Positions 45,470-55,194 are shown, numbered from the stretch's first letter. The stretch: DNA of 59,496 bases from a virus (IMGVR_UViG_3300035670_000232:1-59496), one strand, 5' to 3'. Notes: generated by a model from the letters alone, not told the origin. Made by a program: numbers and translations.

Positions 45470-46333
45470 CTAGCTGGCGTTTTCCCACCTTTGAGTGCGA
45501 GGATTGAACTTCCTCGGGCCTGGCTGCGGAGTGCCTGGGACTTCCCATCGCTGAGTACGCTGATTAAAACGCTGTTTTTGAGACTGCGAAGGGCGAGGCA
45601 AGGGCGACCTTGGTAACTGGTCGGCGCGGACAGCAAAAGCTGGATCAATGCCAGAAGGCGGCAAAACCTCACGCACGCTATCGCCAGCACCGCCGTCCGG
45701 GCTCAGCCACGACGGGCGAGATGGCGCAGGCGTCGGCCTTTGCATGAGCCCACTGTCCCAGCCCTGCTCAAGCCAGTTCTTTGCCATCACGGGCTGACGA
45801 TCTTTCCAGCCCTGGACGGTTTGCCTGGCAGTCTGCTGAGCCTGCTGTTGCATTCGGTCGGCGCTTTGCGGATTGCGGATTCTGTCGGCAAGGTCACGCC
45901 TTGGGTCTGGCATCACAGACTGAGAAGGAACTGCTGGCAACGACCTAGCCAACGGCGGTGGCGGCTGAAACCCGCCCTGGTAGATGTCCTGCTGGAAATT
46001 CATCCCAGGAAGAGTGACCTGCTGCGGCTGCGTTTGCTGAACAGGGGCCATCGGCGTGTACTGCGGCGGCGGCTGGTAAGAGTTCGGCTGCTGCGGCCAA
46101 TACGACTGTGGCTGCTGCCACTGAGGAGCCCCGCCCTGCTGAATGTTCTGTCCATGCCGGTTGAAGACACTGTTGATAAAATCAACCTGCTGACTCTGGT
46201 ACTGGCCTGGGTCCATCTGCCCAAACTGGGTTTTGACAGACTGCTCAAAAGGCGCAGGCCGCTGAGACGGGGCCATGTTGGCAAAGTTGCCCTTGTCGGA
46301 CCTCGTTGCAAACGGCTGAGAACCAAAAGCCAT
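45470..46333 (-). CDS. Q/P-rich low-complexity protein
   Basis: Composition; C-terminal duplicated FN.RTQRWE. Confidence 0.65.
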   Translation of the reverse strand: MAFGSQPFATRSDKGNFANMAPSQRPAPFEQSVKTQFGQMDPGQYQSQQVDFINSVFNRHGQNIQQGGAPQWQQPQSYWPQQPNSYQPPPQYTPMAPVQQTQPQQVTLPGMNFQQDIYQGGFQPPPPLARSLPAVPSQSVMPDPRRDLADRIRNPQSADRMQQQAQQTARQTVQGWKDRQPVMAKNWLEQGWDSGLMQRPTPAPSRPSWLSPDGGAGDSVREVLPPSGIDPAFAVRADQLPRSPLPRPSQSQKQRFNQRTQRWEVPGTPQPGPRKFNPRTQRWENAS

Positions 46334-46348
46334 GAGAACACCCTTGCG

Positions 46349-46906
46349 TCAGTAGAACCCGCGCTGCATGGCCATGAGGTTGACGCCAGGAGAAGGCGCT
46401 GGAGCGGCGGGGCGACGTTGTGGCATTGGCGCCATTCGCTGAGGCTGCTGCTGCGCCGACTGGATCGCCCTGTTGGCGTTCGGACTGCCACGGAACTTTG
46501 CAAGCTCGGCGGGAGTCGGAGCCCGGCCGGTCTTGCTCTGGTAATACTGCGACAAGATTTGATCGTTACCAGACTGCATGGCCTTCCAGTCAGCAGCAGT
46601 CCCGCCCATGCGGACAAACTCCTGGCCTGTTGGAGCCCGACCCATCTGCTGCGACAACTGGCTGTAGTCAGCCTGGACTTGATCCATCGGGCGAGCCTGG
46701 CTCCACTGAGCCCGCTGCCGCGCCGTGGGATTGCCGCCCATGGCCTGAACGTCTTGCCCGATCTGCTGGCGATAAGCAGTCATTGGAGCGCCAGCATAGG
46801 TCGCCTTGGCGGCACCGCCGGATCGCTTCGGAAGCACGCTGCGAACTTGCTGGCCATAGGGATCACCGCCGCCAGCCAGGCCAGAAACACCGAGCGCACC
46901 AAACAT
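46349..46906 (-). CDS. Q/A/G-rich low-complexity protein
   Basis: AGGAGG SD; internal GRAPT..E duplication. Confidence 0.7.
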   Translation of the reverse strand: MFGALGVSGLAGGGDPYGQQVRSVLPKRSGGAAKATYAGAPMTAYRQQIGQDVQAMGGNPTARQRAQWSQARPMDQVQADYSQLSQQMGRAPTGQEFVRMGGTAADWKAMQSGNDQILSQYYQSKTGRAPTPAELAKFRGSPNANRAIQSAQQQPQRMAPMPQRRPAAPAPSPGVNLMAMQRGFY

Positions 46907-46923
46907 GATTCACCTCCTAGTAT

Positions 46924-46961
46924 AGAAAAGGGCGCCCAGCCTTATCCAGACTGAGCGCCCT
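46924..46961 (-). terminator. Intrinsic terminator after the capsid genes
   Basis: AGGGCGCTCAGTC/GGCTGGGCGCCCT stem followed by TTTCT. Confidence 0.75.
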
Positions 46962-46992
46962 CCCCCGATTCCCCCGCGACAAGGGAAATTTC

Positions 46993-47541
46993 TTAGATGC
47001 CACCGACGAGAACAACAGGAGTGCCAGTCGTGCCTGAGATGACCTTGCCGACACGGCCACGCTGCGGAGCCACGGTCACGCTGACCGTCGCGCCATAGCC
47101 ACCCGTACCAGCCGAGTCCGTGCCGTTCGTGGTGTGGGCGGTCACGGCCGCAACCACATCACCAACAGCAACCGTCTGGCTGACGTAGTATTCGCTCGGG
47201 CCGTCCACCGTGATCCAGAACAGATCGTTGGCAGCAACGCCCGTCGAAGGAAGCCACTCGTCTACAACGCCCGCACAGTCGTCATTGGTGATCCGGGTAA
47301 ACCCGGCCACCGTCTTGTAGCTGCCGCTCGTCCACGCCACAGCACGCTTGGCCTTCAGAGTCTGGCCAGACGAGTTGCGAACGCAGATGCACTTCTTCAC
47401 GCGATTGCTGCGGACTGCACCCGTGACTGGGTTGACGTCAGGGAAATCCTTGACGCAGCCTTCCCAGTTGAGCCCTTCCGTAGCCGAAGTCGTGCCGAAC
47501 GTCTTGCCAAGACCGAACGGCGGATCACTCATCAAACTCAT
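46993..47541 (-). CDS. Capsid decoration/cement protein
   Basis: Follows MCP; GV..FWI...GP beta-rich pattern. Confidence 0.65.
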   Translation of the reverse strand: MSLMSDPPFGLGKTFGTTSATEGLNWEGCVKDFPDVNPVTGAVRSNRVKKCICVRNSSGQTLKAKRAVAWTSGSYKTVAGFTRITNDDCAGVVDEWLPSTGVAANDLFWITVDGPSEYYVSQTVAVGDVVAAVTAHTTNGTDSAGTGGYGATVSVTVAPQRGRVGKVISGTTGTPVVLVGGI

Positions 47542-47562
47542 TTCATCTCTCCTTGGTTGAAC

Positions 47563-48678
47563 TTAGGCCGTACGGATCTTGAAGAAGTTGCGCGGGCTCT
47601 TGAAGCAGAGGTTCCCGAGCATCGTCACTGCGTAGCGGAACTGTTGCGTTTCCTCGTCGTAGAACGGTCCTTCAACTTCCAGGAGGTTGTCCTGGAGGCT
47701 CTTGAACGAGATGTTCCCGGTGCTGAGGCCGTAAGCCGTATCAGCAGGAACCGCTTCGTCCTTGGTGCATTCCACGCCGTCGAACTCAAACACGTCCTTG
47801 AAGCCGTAGCTTCGGAGGCCGTTGTCACGAGTCACAACAACCCGCTCCTTGCTGTCAAGCGAGTTGAGAGCTTCGATGTAGAGTCGGCGGTTCATGATGC
47901 ACATGTCCACCTGGTCTTCCATCGTGTCGTTCCGTTGGGTCTGGTGAATCGCTTCACGCAGAGCCTTCATGCAGTTGTCCTTCCAGGTCGAAGCCCCGAA
48001 GTACGAACTGACGCCGTTGACGATCACCGGAGTCCAGAAGTCAGTCTCTGGATCGCTGGAGCCGTTCGGCCAGAAGGTCGCACTCGTCAGGCTGCCACCG
48101 TAGTTGGCCAGCACAGTGCTGAGGCCAGCGTAGGTGTCGTTCGGGTAGTAGAACGGGTCGGCCGAGTTGGCAGTCCGAGCCGTTGCACCAGTACCCGTAA
48201 CGTCAATCGTCTGGGTCGCACCGAACATCGTTTCGATGCCAACCAGCCGGTCTTCGTTCCCAGTGGCCTCGCCGTCGATAACCCACTCGGCGCCGAGCTT
48301 CTGGTTCATCGACTTGATGAGCCGGTCCTTCATGCCGCTGGCCACCTTCACGAGAGCCTGAGCGCCACGATTGGCGAGTTGCTCACGGTTGTAGATGGCA
48401 TCCGTGGCCTGCAAGCCTCTCCACCCGAGGGTGGCGTTCTTCCACAGGTTCTCACGAGCGAACGAACGCATCGTTTCGCCAGTGTTGCCGGACACCAGGT
48501 GGTTCCGGTACTGGATCTGCCACTGGAAGGTTTCGCCCGACATGCCGGTTTCAGTCCGGCCATTGTTGACGATCATGCTCCAGAACTTGAAGTTCCTAAA
48601 GCACGCCAGCTCCTCTTCCTTGAGGTAGTTGGTGATGGTCGTTGCGAGACTACGAGCCCAGTTCACGTTCTGCGGCAT
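47563..48678 (-). CDS. Major capsid protein
   Basis: 371 aa after the scaffold; GF....FDG, GNL..PR C-terminal pattern. Confidence 0.85.
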   Translation of the reverse strand: MPQNVNWARSLATTITNYLKEEELACFRNFKFWSMIVNNGRTETGMSGETFQWQIQYRNHLVSGNTGETMRSFARENLWKNATLGWRGLQATDAIYNREQLANRGAQALVKVASGMKDRLIKSMNQKLGAEWVIDGEATGNEDRLVGIETMFGATQTIDVTGTGATARTANSADPFYYPNDTYAGLSTVLANYGGSLTSATFWPNGSSDPETDFWTPVIVNGVSSYFGASTWKDNCMKALREAIHQTQRNDTMEDQVDMCIMNRRLYIEALNSLDSKERVVVTRDNGLRSYGFKDVFEFDGVECTKDEAVPADTAYGLSTGNISFKSLQDNLLEVEGPFYDEETQQFRYAVTMLGNLCFKSPRNFFKIRTA

Positions 48679-48679
48679 T

Positions 48680-49732
48680 TCAGATTACTCCATCTTTTTC
48701 AAACTGTCGGGCCAAATGCTCCTCAAAACTCATGCGACCTTTCGGCGCACGAGGCTCGCCAGCACCCGCTGAACGATTGGTCTTGCGTGTCGCTCGTTCC
48801 CGAAGGAACTGGGCCTCAGCACTCATTGGCCGGGCCACTGGAATCGGCTCTTGCACAGGCGGCTGATACATTGGCTGCATCGGAGCCTGGGCCATCATCT
48901 GCCGCTGCATGTTGATGAGGTCGGCACGAAGCATCGAAGTGGCGTATCGCCAACGAGCATTCGGGTCCGTTACGCCCATCTCCGCAGCGTCGGCGATGTA
49001 CCGCTGAATCGCCACACCTTCTTGCGAAGGAACTCCAGGAGCAGCGTAAAGCCAATCGGCATTTTGCTGCTCAAGGTCTTTGACGAAGTTCTGGGTCTGG
49101 TACTGGCTGAGTTGCTCGCGAACAAGCTCTTGGGCAATCCGCTTTGCCTCGCCTTCAACGAAAGGCTTCAGCGTGTTCTCGGGATCAGTGACCAGCTTGC
49201 GAGCAAAGTTCGCCGTGTAGTCCTGGTATCGCTGAATCGCTTCCTTCGCGTGAAGAGGAGCGTTCGGGTCAATCATCTCCCGGCCCGTCTCCGGGTTGCG
49301 GATGATGTACGACTTGAACGTCTCGTCAAGCTGCGGAGGGTTCCACCACTTGGGCTGCTCAGGCTGCGGGGCAGGAGCCTGGGCTTGAGCCTGCGAAGCC
49401 TGCCATCGCTGGAATGCTTCTTGGTTCTCGTAGAATTTCCGGCCGTATTCGGCGTACGGCACCAGTTGTTGATACTGGGCCAGTTGCCGCTGGGCTTCCT
49501 GGTATCCAACGCGACTGGAGTACAGTTCGCGAGCGATGTCCAGGTCTGATCGGCCTTGGAACTCAGGAAGTTCCCGGAATGCTTCGTATGGCGACTGATA
49601 GCCACCGGACTGCGCGGGGGACGAATCGCCAACTGGAGCTTGACTGTCTACAGGCGAGTCGCTAACTGGGTGCGCATCGGCAACCGCAGTCGTGTCAGGA
49701 GAGCCGGAATTGAAGTCTTGTTCGTCGTCCAT
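48680..49732 (-). CDS. Scaffolding protein
   Basis: Acidic disordered N-terminus, helical body, directly before MCP. Confidence 0.7.
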   Translation of the reverse strand: MDDEQDFNSGSPDTTAVADAHPVSDSPVDSQAPVGDSSPAQSGGYQSPYEAFRELPEFQGRSDLDIARELYSSRVGYQEAQRQLAQYQQLVPYAEYGRKFYENQEAFQRWQASQAQAQAPAPQPEQPKWWNPPQLDETFKSYIIRNPETGREMIDPNAPLHAKEAIQRYQDYTANFARKLVTDPENTLKPFVEGEAKRIAQELVREQLSQYQTQNFVKDLEQQNADWLYAAPGVPSQEGVAIQRYIADAAEMGVTDPNARWRYATSMLRADLINMQRQMMAQAPMQPMYQPPVQEPIPVARPMSAEAQFLRERATRKTNRSAGAGEPRAPKGRMSFEEHLARQFEKDGVI

Positions 49733-49770
49733 TGTTCTTGCCTCGGGGGGTGGCAATTCCTCTACAAAGA

Positions 49771-49779
49771 CTTTTGTCC
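49771..49779 (-). promoter_or_regulatory. Putative late promoter variant
   Basis: GGACAAAAG-N5-GTAG upstream of scaffold/MCP. Confidence 0.55.
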
Positions 49780-49807
49780 ATATACCCCTAGTTTTGTTAC
49801 AGCACGG

Positions 49808-50971
49808 TCAACGATTGCCTTGCCAGGCGTTGTACGCAGCGAGCGCTGTGTCGATTCCGTACTCGCCGCCAGCCCACTTAGCGAGCGGAAGTTTTGCCCC
49901 AGCCTTCCACATTGCGTTCGCATTTTTCAGGCCGCTTACCGAGAAAAGAGGGTTCATGGTTGCGTCCATTAACGCACCCAAGACCGGCGCGCCAGGGACT
50001 CCCTCTCGCTCCAAGAACTCGCTGCCAGTCGTGAGGCTGCTCTTGTCTATTGCGTCCGTGATGCCGCCGCGATATTTCAGGCGACCCGCAATTGAAGGAG
50101 CTTCTCCGCCCCAAGCGCCGCCGTCTTTCGGCAGATAGCCATGCATCTCAGAGTCCCACGGCATATCTCCAAACTGCTTGTCGATTGCCTTGAGTGCCGC
50201 ACCGCCACGCGAGAAGGCACTCTCTGGCGAATAGCCTGGGGCGTAGAGGTCAGTGACCGGCTTCACTGCGGCGCTGAATGGGGCAAGTGCTGTGTTGGCG
50301 GCGTCATTGAAGTTGGTGTCGTAGACATCATCTCGCCCGCCAAACGCAGCAGAAGCCTGGTTGCCAAGCACCCGCCCGCCCTCATATGCCATTGAGGGAA
50401 GAGACTGCAACCATGTCAGCCCAGTGCCTACAGCCGACTCAGGCCCGATGATCCCAGTGGACTCGTACCCGCTGCTGATCTTGTCGCGAAAGCCGTCAAG
50501 GTTGTAGGCATATGCCTCTAGGTTCTTGCGGACATGCGGCGGGAGCTTTGACCACGACTCGGGCGGGCGGCCAGAACTATCTGGCGTGCCGTACATCCTC
50601 AGTAAGTTCTGATAAAATGCCTCTTGCTTGGACGACTGAAGCTGGCCCTCGGCAGATTTTTGTCGGCTTGTGGCCCAGCGAAACTCGGGGTCAGTTGACC
50701 AGTTCGCACGAGCAGTCGGTGCAGTGATTCGTTGGTCGATTGAGCTTTTCAATGACCGAATGTCGCTAACTGGATCGTCGGTCGCAACGTACCCAGCAAT
50801 CGGAGCGTTGCCACGACCGGCGACAGGAGCATCCCCTGCATACCTCGCGTAGGCATCCTCGCGGGCCTTGAATTGCCGAAACTCTTCGTCCGACATTTCA
50901 TCTGCCCGCGATGCCCCCATCCATCGCTGGCCTTGCTCAAGCCACTGAAGTTCCTCTTCGGAGAGTGGCAT
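49808..50971 (-). CDS. Hypothetical, possible internal virion protein
   Basis: 387-aa ORF with TAATG coupling. Confidence 0.65.
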   Translation of the reverse strand: MPLSEEELQWLEQGQRWMGASRADEMSDEEFRQFKAREDAYARYAGDAPVAGRGNAPIAGYVATDDPVSDIRSLKSSIDQRITAPTARANWSTDPEFRWATSRQKSAEGQLQSSKQEAFYQNLLRMYGTPDSSGRPPESWSKLPPHVRKNLEAYAYNLDGFRDKISSGYESTGIIGPESAVGTGLTWLQSLPSMAYEGGRVLGNQASAAFGGRDDVYDTNFNDAANTALAPFSAAVKPVTDLYAPGYSPESAFSRGGAALKAIDKQFGDMPWDSEMHGYLPKDGGAWGGEAPSIAGRLKYRGGITDAIDKSSLTTGSEFLEREGVPGAPVLGALMDATMNPLFSVSGLKNANAMWKAGAKLPLAKWAGGEYGIDTALAAYNAWQGNR

Positions 50972-51270
50972 TAGCGCAAAACCCCGCCGCCCATCGGGTA
51001 GCTGGCCTCGCCAAGTCGCTCAATCAAGCGAGCGAGCCTGGTCTGGTCGTCCTCTCGCCGAAGAAGCTCGCTCTCTGGATCTACGGGTTCTATTGCGGTC
51101 GGGCGAACAGGCTTCTGTCTAGCCTTAATCTCTTCCAGCTTTCGCAGGTGATCGGCATGTGACTGAGTGGCCTTGTTCACATCACTGACCATTTGGCCAA
51201 GCTGGCCGCCTTGCGCTGACGGGCCAAATTGGGCCGCAAACGGGGCCTGAATCTGGTGAATGCCTAGCAT
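50971..51270 (-). CDS. Small hypothetical protein
   Basis: AGGAG SD. Confidence 0.65.
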   Translation of the reverse strand: MLGIHQIQAPFAAQFGPSAQGGQLGQMVSDVNKATQSHADHLRKLEEIKARQKPVRPTAIEPVDPESELLRREDDQTRLARLIERLGEASYPMGGGVLR

Positions 51271-51278
51271 GAGAACTC

Positions 51279-51554
51279 CTAGTTGAAGCCGGGCTGTCCG
51301 AGAGGCAGCGTGCCAAGAATGTCGCGAATGTCGTCTTCGTTTGTTCGCTGGCCGTACGGATTGACCGGCATATTGCGGCCAAAAGGAACTCCAGAGCGAG
51401 TCCGCACTCTGGCGGCCTCAAGCCTGGCCTTGCGGGCTTCCTCGGCCTGCCGCATTCGCATGTCGTAGGCGATTCTGCGAGACTCTTGCTCAGTCAAGCC
51501 CTGCGGAGCAGTGGGTGCTGGCCATGGGTCAAGCAGCGGGTCAAAACCTGGCAT
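51279..51554 (-). CDS. Small hypothetical protein
   Basis: AGGAG SD after the late promoter. Confidence 0.65.
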   Translation of the reverse strand: MPGFDPLLDPWPAPTAPQGLTEQESRRIAYDMRMRQAEEARKARLEAARVRTRSGVPFGRNMPVNPYGQRTNEDDIRDILGTLPLGQPGFN

Positions 51555-51580
51555 CGAATAGCTCCTGAATGTCTACAGGG

Positions 51581-51589
51581 CTATTGTCC
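51581..51589 (-). promoter_or_regulatory. Putative late promoter; also the last codons of the phosphoesterase
   Basis: GGA CAA TAG-N4-GTAG. Confidence 0.75.
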
Positions 51590-52654
51590 CTTCCCCCTGA
51601 GATCGCGGTCGCAGAACAGCGGGAATGCCCGAGTCACCTCGTTTCGCCCGTGGTCGATCACGAACGCAGCCTGGCAAGGGGGCTCGTAAGTGGCCTTGAT
51701 CCTGACTGCGTAGGCAGAGTGGCCAATCACGGATCCGTTGGTCACATACCGACCAGACCGGCTCCACGAGAACTGGTGCCAGTGGCCGATGCACGTTAGG
51801 TCAGCCTTGTGGGAAACATCCCACGCCGCGATGGCTTTGTGAAGCGGGACATGGATTCCGCCAATGCCCCCCTGGTAGCGGATAGCGTGTCCATGACAGA
51901 AGCGGATGTTGTACCCGTCCAGATCGACGTAGTTTAGATGGCCTTCGCCAATCTTCCACTCCACGTTGTTGTGACGCTCGGCAGCGCGCATCGTGAGGTA
52001 CAGGTGCTGTTCGTAGCTTGTGGCCGCTTCATTGGTGCGCTGCTTCTCAGTTGTCCTTCCGTGGTTGCCGCATGATGTCGCCACAACAACTTCGCTTGCA
52101 TTCTCTGCTGCCAGATCAACGAACGCACGCATCCGTTCCCCGATCCACCTCAAAGCCGGTAACGGATGGAGAGCGTTTTCTTCTTGGAGTTCGGGGTGGA
52201 TCATGCCCGTGATGAGATCGCCTCCGAGCCACATGCACACGCGGTCAATGCGGCAAAGGGATCGCTCATGCTCCAACACCCGCAAGAACCGCTCTTGCAG
52301 TTCGGTGATCCTGCGGTCGCAGATGTCAAGGTTGTACTCGTTGAGTCCGTTCACGCTTTCCGGCTTGACCGTTTCTTCGCAGTGAATGTCAGACAAGAGA
52401 ACGACAAGCGTTGCTGGGTTGCGGCTGTCGGACTTTGTGGCCTTGACCTTGCCCTTCTTGGGCTTGATGTCTTGTAGGGCCAAGAGGGAGGCAGCCTTTT
52501 CCTTCTCCCGATCCACCTGTCCGAGAGCGACCTTGTACTGCCCTCTCAGTCCAGCAATCTCTGCCTTGAGGCGCGCGATCTCTGCGTCCTTGACGAGATG
52601 CTTCTCAAGCTCAACGGCATTGGCGATGTCATTTACAATGTCCTGTCGTACCAT
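51581..52654 (-). CDS. Calcineurin-like metallophosphoesterase
   Basis: SDIH, GGD, GNHGR, HGH, GHWH. Confidence 0.9.
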   Translation of the reverse strand: MVRQDIVNDIANAVELEKHLVKDAEIARLKAEIAGLRGQYKVALGQVDREKEKAASLLALQDIKPKKGKVKATKSDSRNPATLVVLLSDIHCEETVKPESVNGLNEYNLDICDRRITELQERFLRVLEHERSLCRIDRVCMWLGGDLITGMIHPELQEENALHPLPALRWIGERMRAFVDLAAENASEVVVATSCGNHGRTTEKQRTNEAATSYEQHLYLTMRAAERHNNVEWKIGEGHLNYVDLDGYNIRFCHGHAIRYQGGIGGIHVPLHKAIAAWDVSHKADLTCIGHWHQFSWSRSGRYVTNGSVIGHSAYAVRIKATYEPPCQAAFVIDHGRNEVTRAFPLFCDRDLRGKGQ

Positions 52655-52899
52655 CGCTTGACTCCTGTTTCACTGATGTCGGCAATCCCAAGTTCAGAGA
52701 GCATTGCGGCGACAGCACGAGCGGCCGGGCGGACGAGCGGCCCAAACTTTCCTTCGCGCCAGGCCGTGCGAATCGTTTCAAGAACCTTCGCCTGCTCGGG
52801 AGTCACTCGCTTCCACCACGGATACGCTGCGGTGCTGGTGACACGGATGCTGCTTGCAATGCGATCAACGATGTCGGACGGGCTTGGCTTGCTCGGCAT
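52633..52899 (-). CDS. Small hypothetical protein, possible HTH
   Basis: GGAG SD; ISETGVKRW. Confidence 0.6.
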   Translation of the reverse strand: MPSKPSPSDIVDRIASSIRVTSTAAYPWWKRVTPEQAKVLETIRTAWREGKFGPLVRPAARAVAAMLSELGIADISETGVKRWYDRTL

Positions 52900-53170
52900 G
52901 TGTTGGCTCCCGATACTTGAGGATTCGATGAAACACGGACCCGATGATTCTGCCAGCCTCCAGAATCGACTCTTCCGCGATATGCTCACCAACCGCCGCA
53001 TGACACAGTTCGTGGGCGATGGTGTCCATCTTGGCCTGTCCCTTGAGGCGGCTGTCGATGTGGATCATCCTGCGATCCCAGTCGCACCATCCAGCGGCAC
53101 TGCCACGGAGTTGCGTGAACCGAATGGTCCATCGCTTGCCGTAAATCGTAACGTGGTGATCTCGCGGCAT
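52865..53170 (-). CDS. Small zincin-like HExxH metallopeptidase
   Basis: GWC...I.ID..L, TIAHELCHA, E. Confidence 0.75.
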   Translation of the reverse strand: MPRDHHVTIYGKRWTIRFTQLRGSAAGWCDWDRRMIHIDSRLKGQAKMDTIAHELCHAAVGEHIAEESILEAGRIIGSVFHRILKYREPTHAEQAKPVRHR

Positions 53171-53202
53171 GAGTTCTTCGGGGGAGGTAGAGAACCGAAG
53201 GG

Positions 53203-53649
53203 CTACGAGATTATTGTCCGGCCCGCCAGATTAGTGGCGTGTTTTCCCGCGTTTTCTGCAAAAGCCCATTTAGAGGCTAAGGAAAGAGCAACGGCAGAAC
53301 AGATCAAAACCCTGCCTTTCCAGCGAGAAAACGCCAGTTTCCTCTTTTCGGCCTCGGCTGCCATGACGCCAAGAATCTCGGGCATATTGCGGAGGCACCA
53401 CCACTCCCCCATCTCGTCCATCTTCTTGGCCATCTTGTTGCACTTGCAGCCGTGCTTGGCCACGATGCGGAACCACGAGAGAAGCCACTTTGTCCACGAG
53501 CCTGGTCCGGTCCCGGATACTGGAGGCTCAAGGGCACAGTGAGAGCGAGCCCGGCCATGAGGGGCGCGGAACTCCTTCTTGCATCGGCGGCACTTGGCCC
53601 AGCCGTCGCGAAAGATGAGATCGCATTCAAGTCGTTGTGATGTCTGCAC
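53203..53649 (-). CDS. Cys-rich hypothetical protein (GPG..CKC..MD..G..WC)
   Basis: Motif pattern; start codon uncertain. Confidence 0.6.
   Translation of the reverse strand: MQTSQRLECDLIFRDGWAKCRRCKKEFRAPHGRARSHCALEPPVSGTGPGSWTKWLLSWFRIVAKHGCKCNKMAKKMDEMGEWWCLRNMPEILGVMAAEAEKRKLAFSRWKGRVLICSAVALSLASKWAFAENAGKHATNLAGRTIIS
53211..53219 (-). promoter_or_regulatory. Putative late promoter
   Basis: GGACAATAA-N4-GTAG. Confidence 0.65.
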
Positions 53650-54349
53650 CGGAAACGTCCAGCCCAAGAGATGATGAGGTTGGAATCCCGCTTGCTGCTT
53701 CGTCGCAGTCATAGACAGTCACAGAGCAAAGTGCCGCCGACGATGAATACGGGCCGTCAGTCCTCGTGGCAGTGACAGAGAATGCCGGTGCTGGCATGAA
53801 TCGAAGCTGTATGGTTGCTTGTCGCCCGGCAAGAATCGACGGGAATGTCACCCAGGCTTCGTAGTCCGAGTTTGATGTAGACCACTTGCCGACGTAGTCG
53901 CACGTCGAACCATCCCAGCTACCACCATTACAGCAGTCTCGCGTCAGGTTGTAGGTGTTGTTGAAAACCTCTTCCTGGAGAGCATCGAAAGTCGGGTCGC
54001 CTGTAACGCCAACAAACCCCGATCCGGTCACGGTAGAGTGAAGCGCCGTCCCGTCCTCGCACTGAGGCACATCGTCGGCTGGATTCGGCGTACCGGGAGT
54101 GCAGCTACCCCCAGGACACTCGCTCGCGAAGTAGCCAAACTCGCACTTCGTGTAGGCCGTGTCGCCAGAGTCGTCGATACACGTCTTGCCCTCGCAGCAA
54201 CCATCCGTGCAGTCGTAGTCACCGCAGTCAGTTTGCGGACCCTTCCATGTCCCGCCAGCCCCCTCGCAATCCGCGCACGTCTCCTGAGAACACGAGCCCG
54301 CATTGCAGCACGCACCCTTGCAGCACGAGCATGGTTGAGTGCAGGCCAT
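53627..54349 (-). CDS. Cys-rich protein with GACC-type repeat
   Basis: CSCCKGACC..G.C...T..C...GG.W.G..T.C. Confidence 0.75.
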   Translation of the reverse strand: MACTQPCSCCKGACCNAGSCSQETCADCEGAGGTWKGPQTDCGDYDCTDGCCEGKTCIDDSGDTAYTKCEFGYFASECPGGSCTPGTPNPADDVPQCEDGTALHSTVTGSGFVGVTGDPTFDALQEEVFNNTYNLTRDCCNGGSWDGSTCDYVGKWSTSNSDYEAWVTFPSILAGRQATIQLRFMPAPAFSVTATRTDGPYSSSAALCSVTVYDCDEAASGIPTSSSLGLDVSGADITTT

Positions 54350-54352
54350 GGA

Positions 54353-54766
54353 TCACCTCGGCCAGTTCTGCGCGGCCCACGCACCCATATTGGCAGCCTG
54401 CTGCATGGCGCCTGGGAAGTTTTGAATGATCCAGTCAAGCCTCTGGATGAGTTGCTGCTGCGGATCAGTCTCGGGCTGTTGAGGCGGTGCTGGAGGCTGA
54501 GGAGCTTCCCAGTCGTTCCATCGGTGATTGCCTTGTGCGCCCCATGAACGCAACGATTGACGGGCTCGCTCTTGAATCAAATCTTTCTGGGCCTGGCTGC
54601 CGGGAGTCACGGCTGCCGGATCTACCCCGGCACGCTCGGCCGAGAAGGTGTCGATGTTCTTTGCCAAACGCTCTCGGCGAATTCGCTCTTGCTGCTCGGC
54701 GCGGGCCTGTTGGTCTTGATACCGCTCTCGCTGAATGTCCTCAGCGGTTTTGCGCATGAATGCCAT
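54353..54766 (-). CDS. Q/R-rich hypothetical protein
   Basis: AGGAGG SD after the late promoter. Confidence 0.7.
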   Translation of the reverse strand: MAFMRKTAEDIQRERYQDQQARAEQQERIRRERLAKNIDTFSAERAGVDPAAVTPGSQAQKDLIQERARQSLRSWGAQGNHRWNDWEAPQPPAPPQQPETDPQQQLIQRLDWIIQNFPGAMQQAANMGAWAAQNWPR

Positions 54767-54783
54767 TGATTCCTCCTACGGAA

Positions 54784-54792
54784 TCATTGTCC
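54784..54792 (-). promoter_or_regulatory. Putative late promoter; also the last codons of the upstream ORF
   Basis: GGA CAA TGA-N4-GTAG. Confidence 0.7.
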
Positions 54793-55194
54793 AGTGAGAG
54801 GTTCCCAGTACTCAAAAGTCCCTGGGTAATGGCAAATCCCGCGTTCATCCACGACTACCCCTTCAGAGGTCATCATGCCGCGAAACACCAGCTTGTCGTC
54901 TGCCAGCCAGTTGGCCCTCTCGCCAACGCCGGGAAGACGGTCACGCGTCGAAACCTGTACTCCACCCTTGGCCTGCTTGAGTTCGTACTCCGACTCGTAC
55001 TCCTCGGCGGCCCGCTGAGCTTCGCAAAGCTGGTCGTACTCGTTCCCAATCTCATCCTCGGGGAGAATCTCATCGTCCGTGGCCGCCAGGTCAAAAGCGC
55101 CAAGCTCGTTGACGCTCACGCCCCATAGGTGTCCATGGCGAGCTTTCGATTCCGCAAGCCAGGCATGGTCTTCGGCGTCGTATTCCCAGTGCAT
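54784..55194 (-). CDS. Acidic hypothetical protein
   Basis: ORF ending in GQ-stop. Confidence 0.65.
   Translation of the reverse strand: MHWEYDAEDHAWLAESKARHGHLWGVSVNELGAFDLAATDDEILPEDEIGNEYDQLCEAQRAAEEYESEYELKQAKGGVQVSTRDRLPGVGERANWLADDKLVFRGMMTSEGVVVDERGICHYPGTFEYWEPLTGQ

Noticed and set aside
47134-48915. Long + strand ORFs (also 15039-16475, 21187-22629, 38236-39438, 45740-46954)
   Set aside because: Antisense shadows of well-supported - strand genes in high-GC DNA; no motifs
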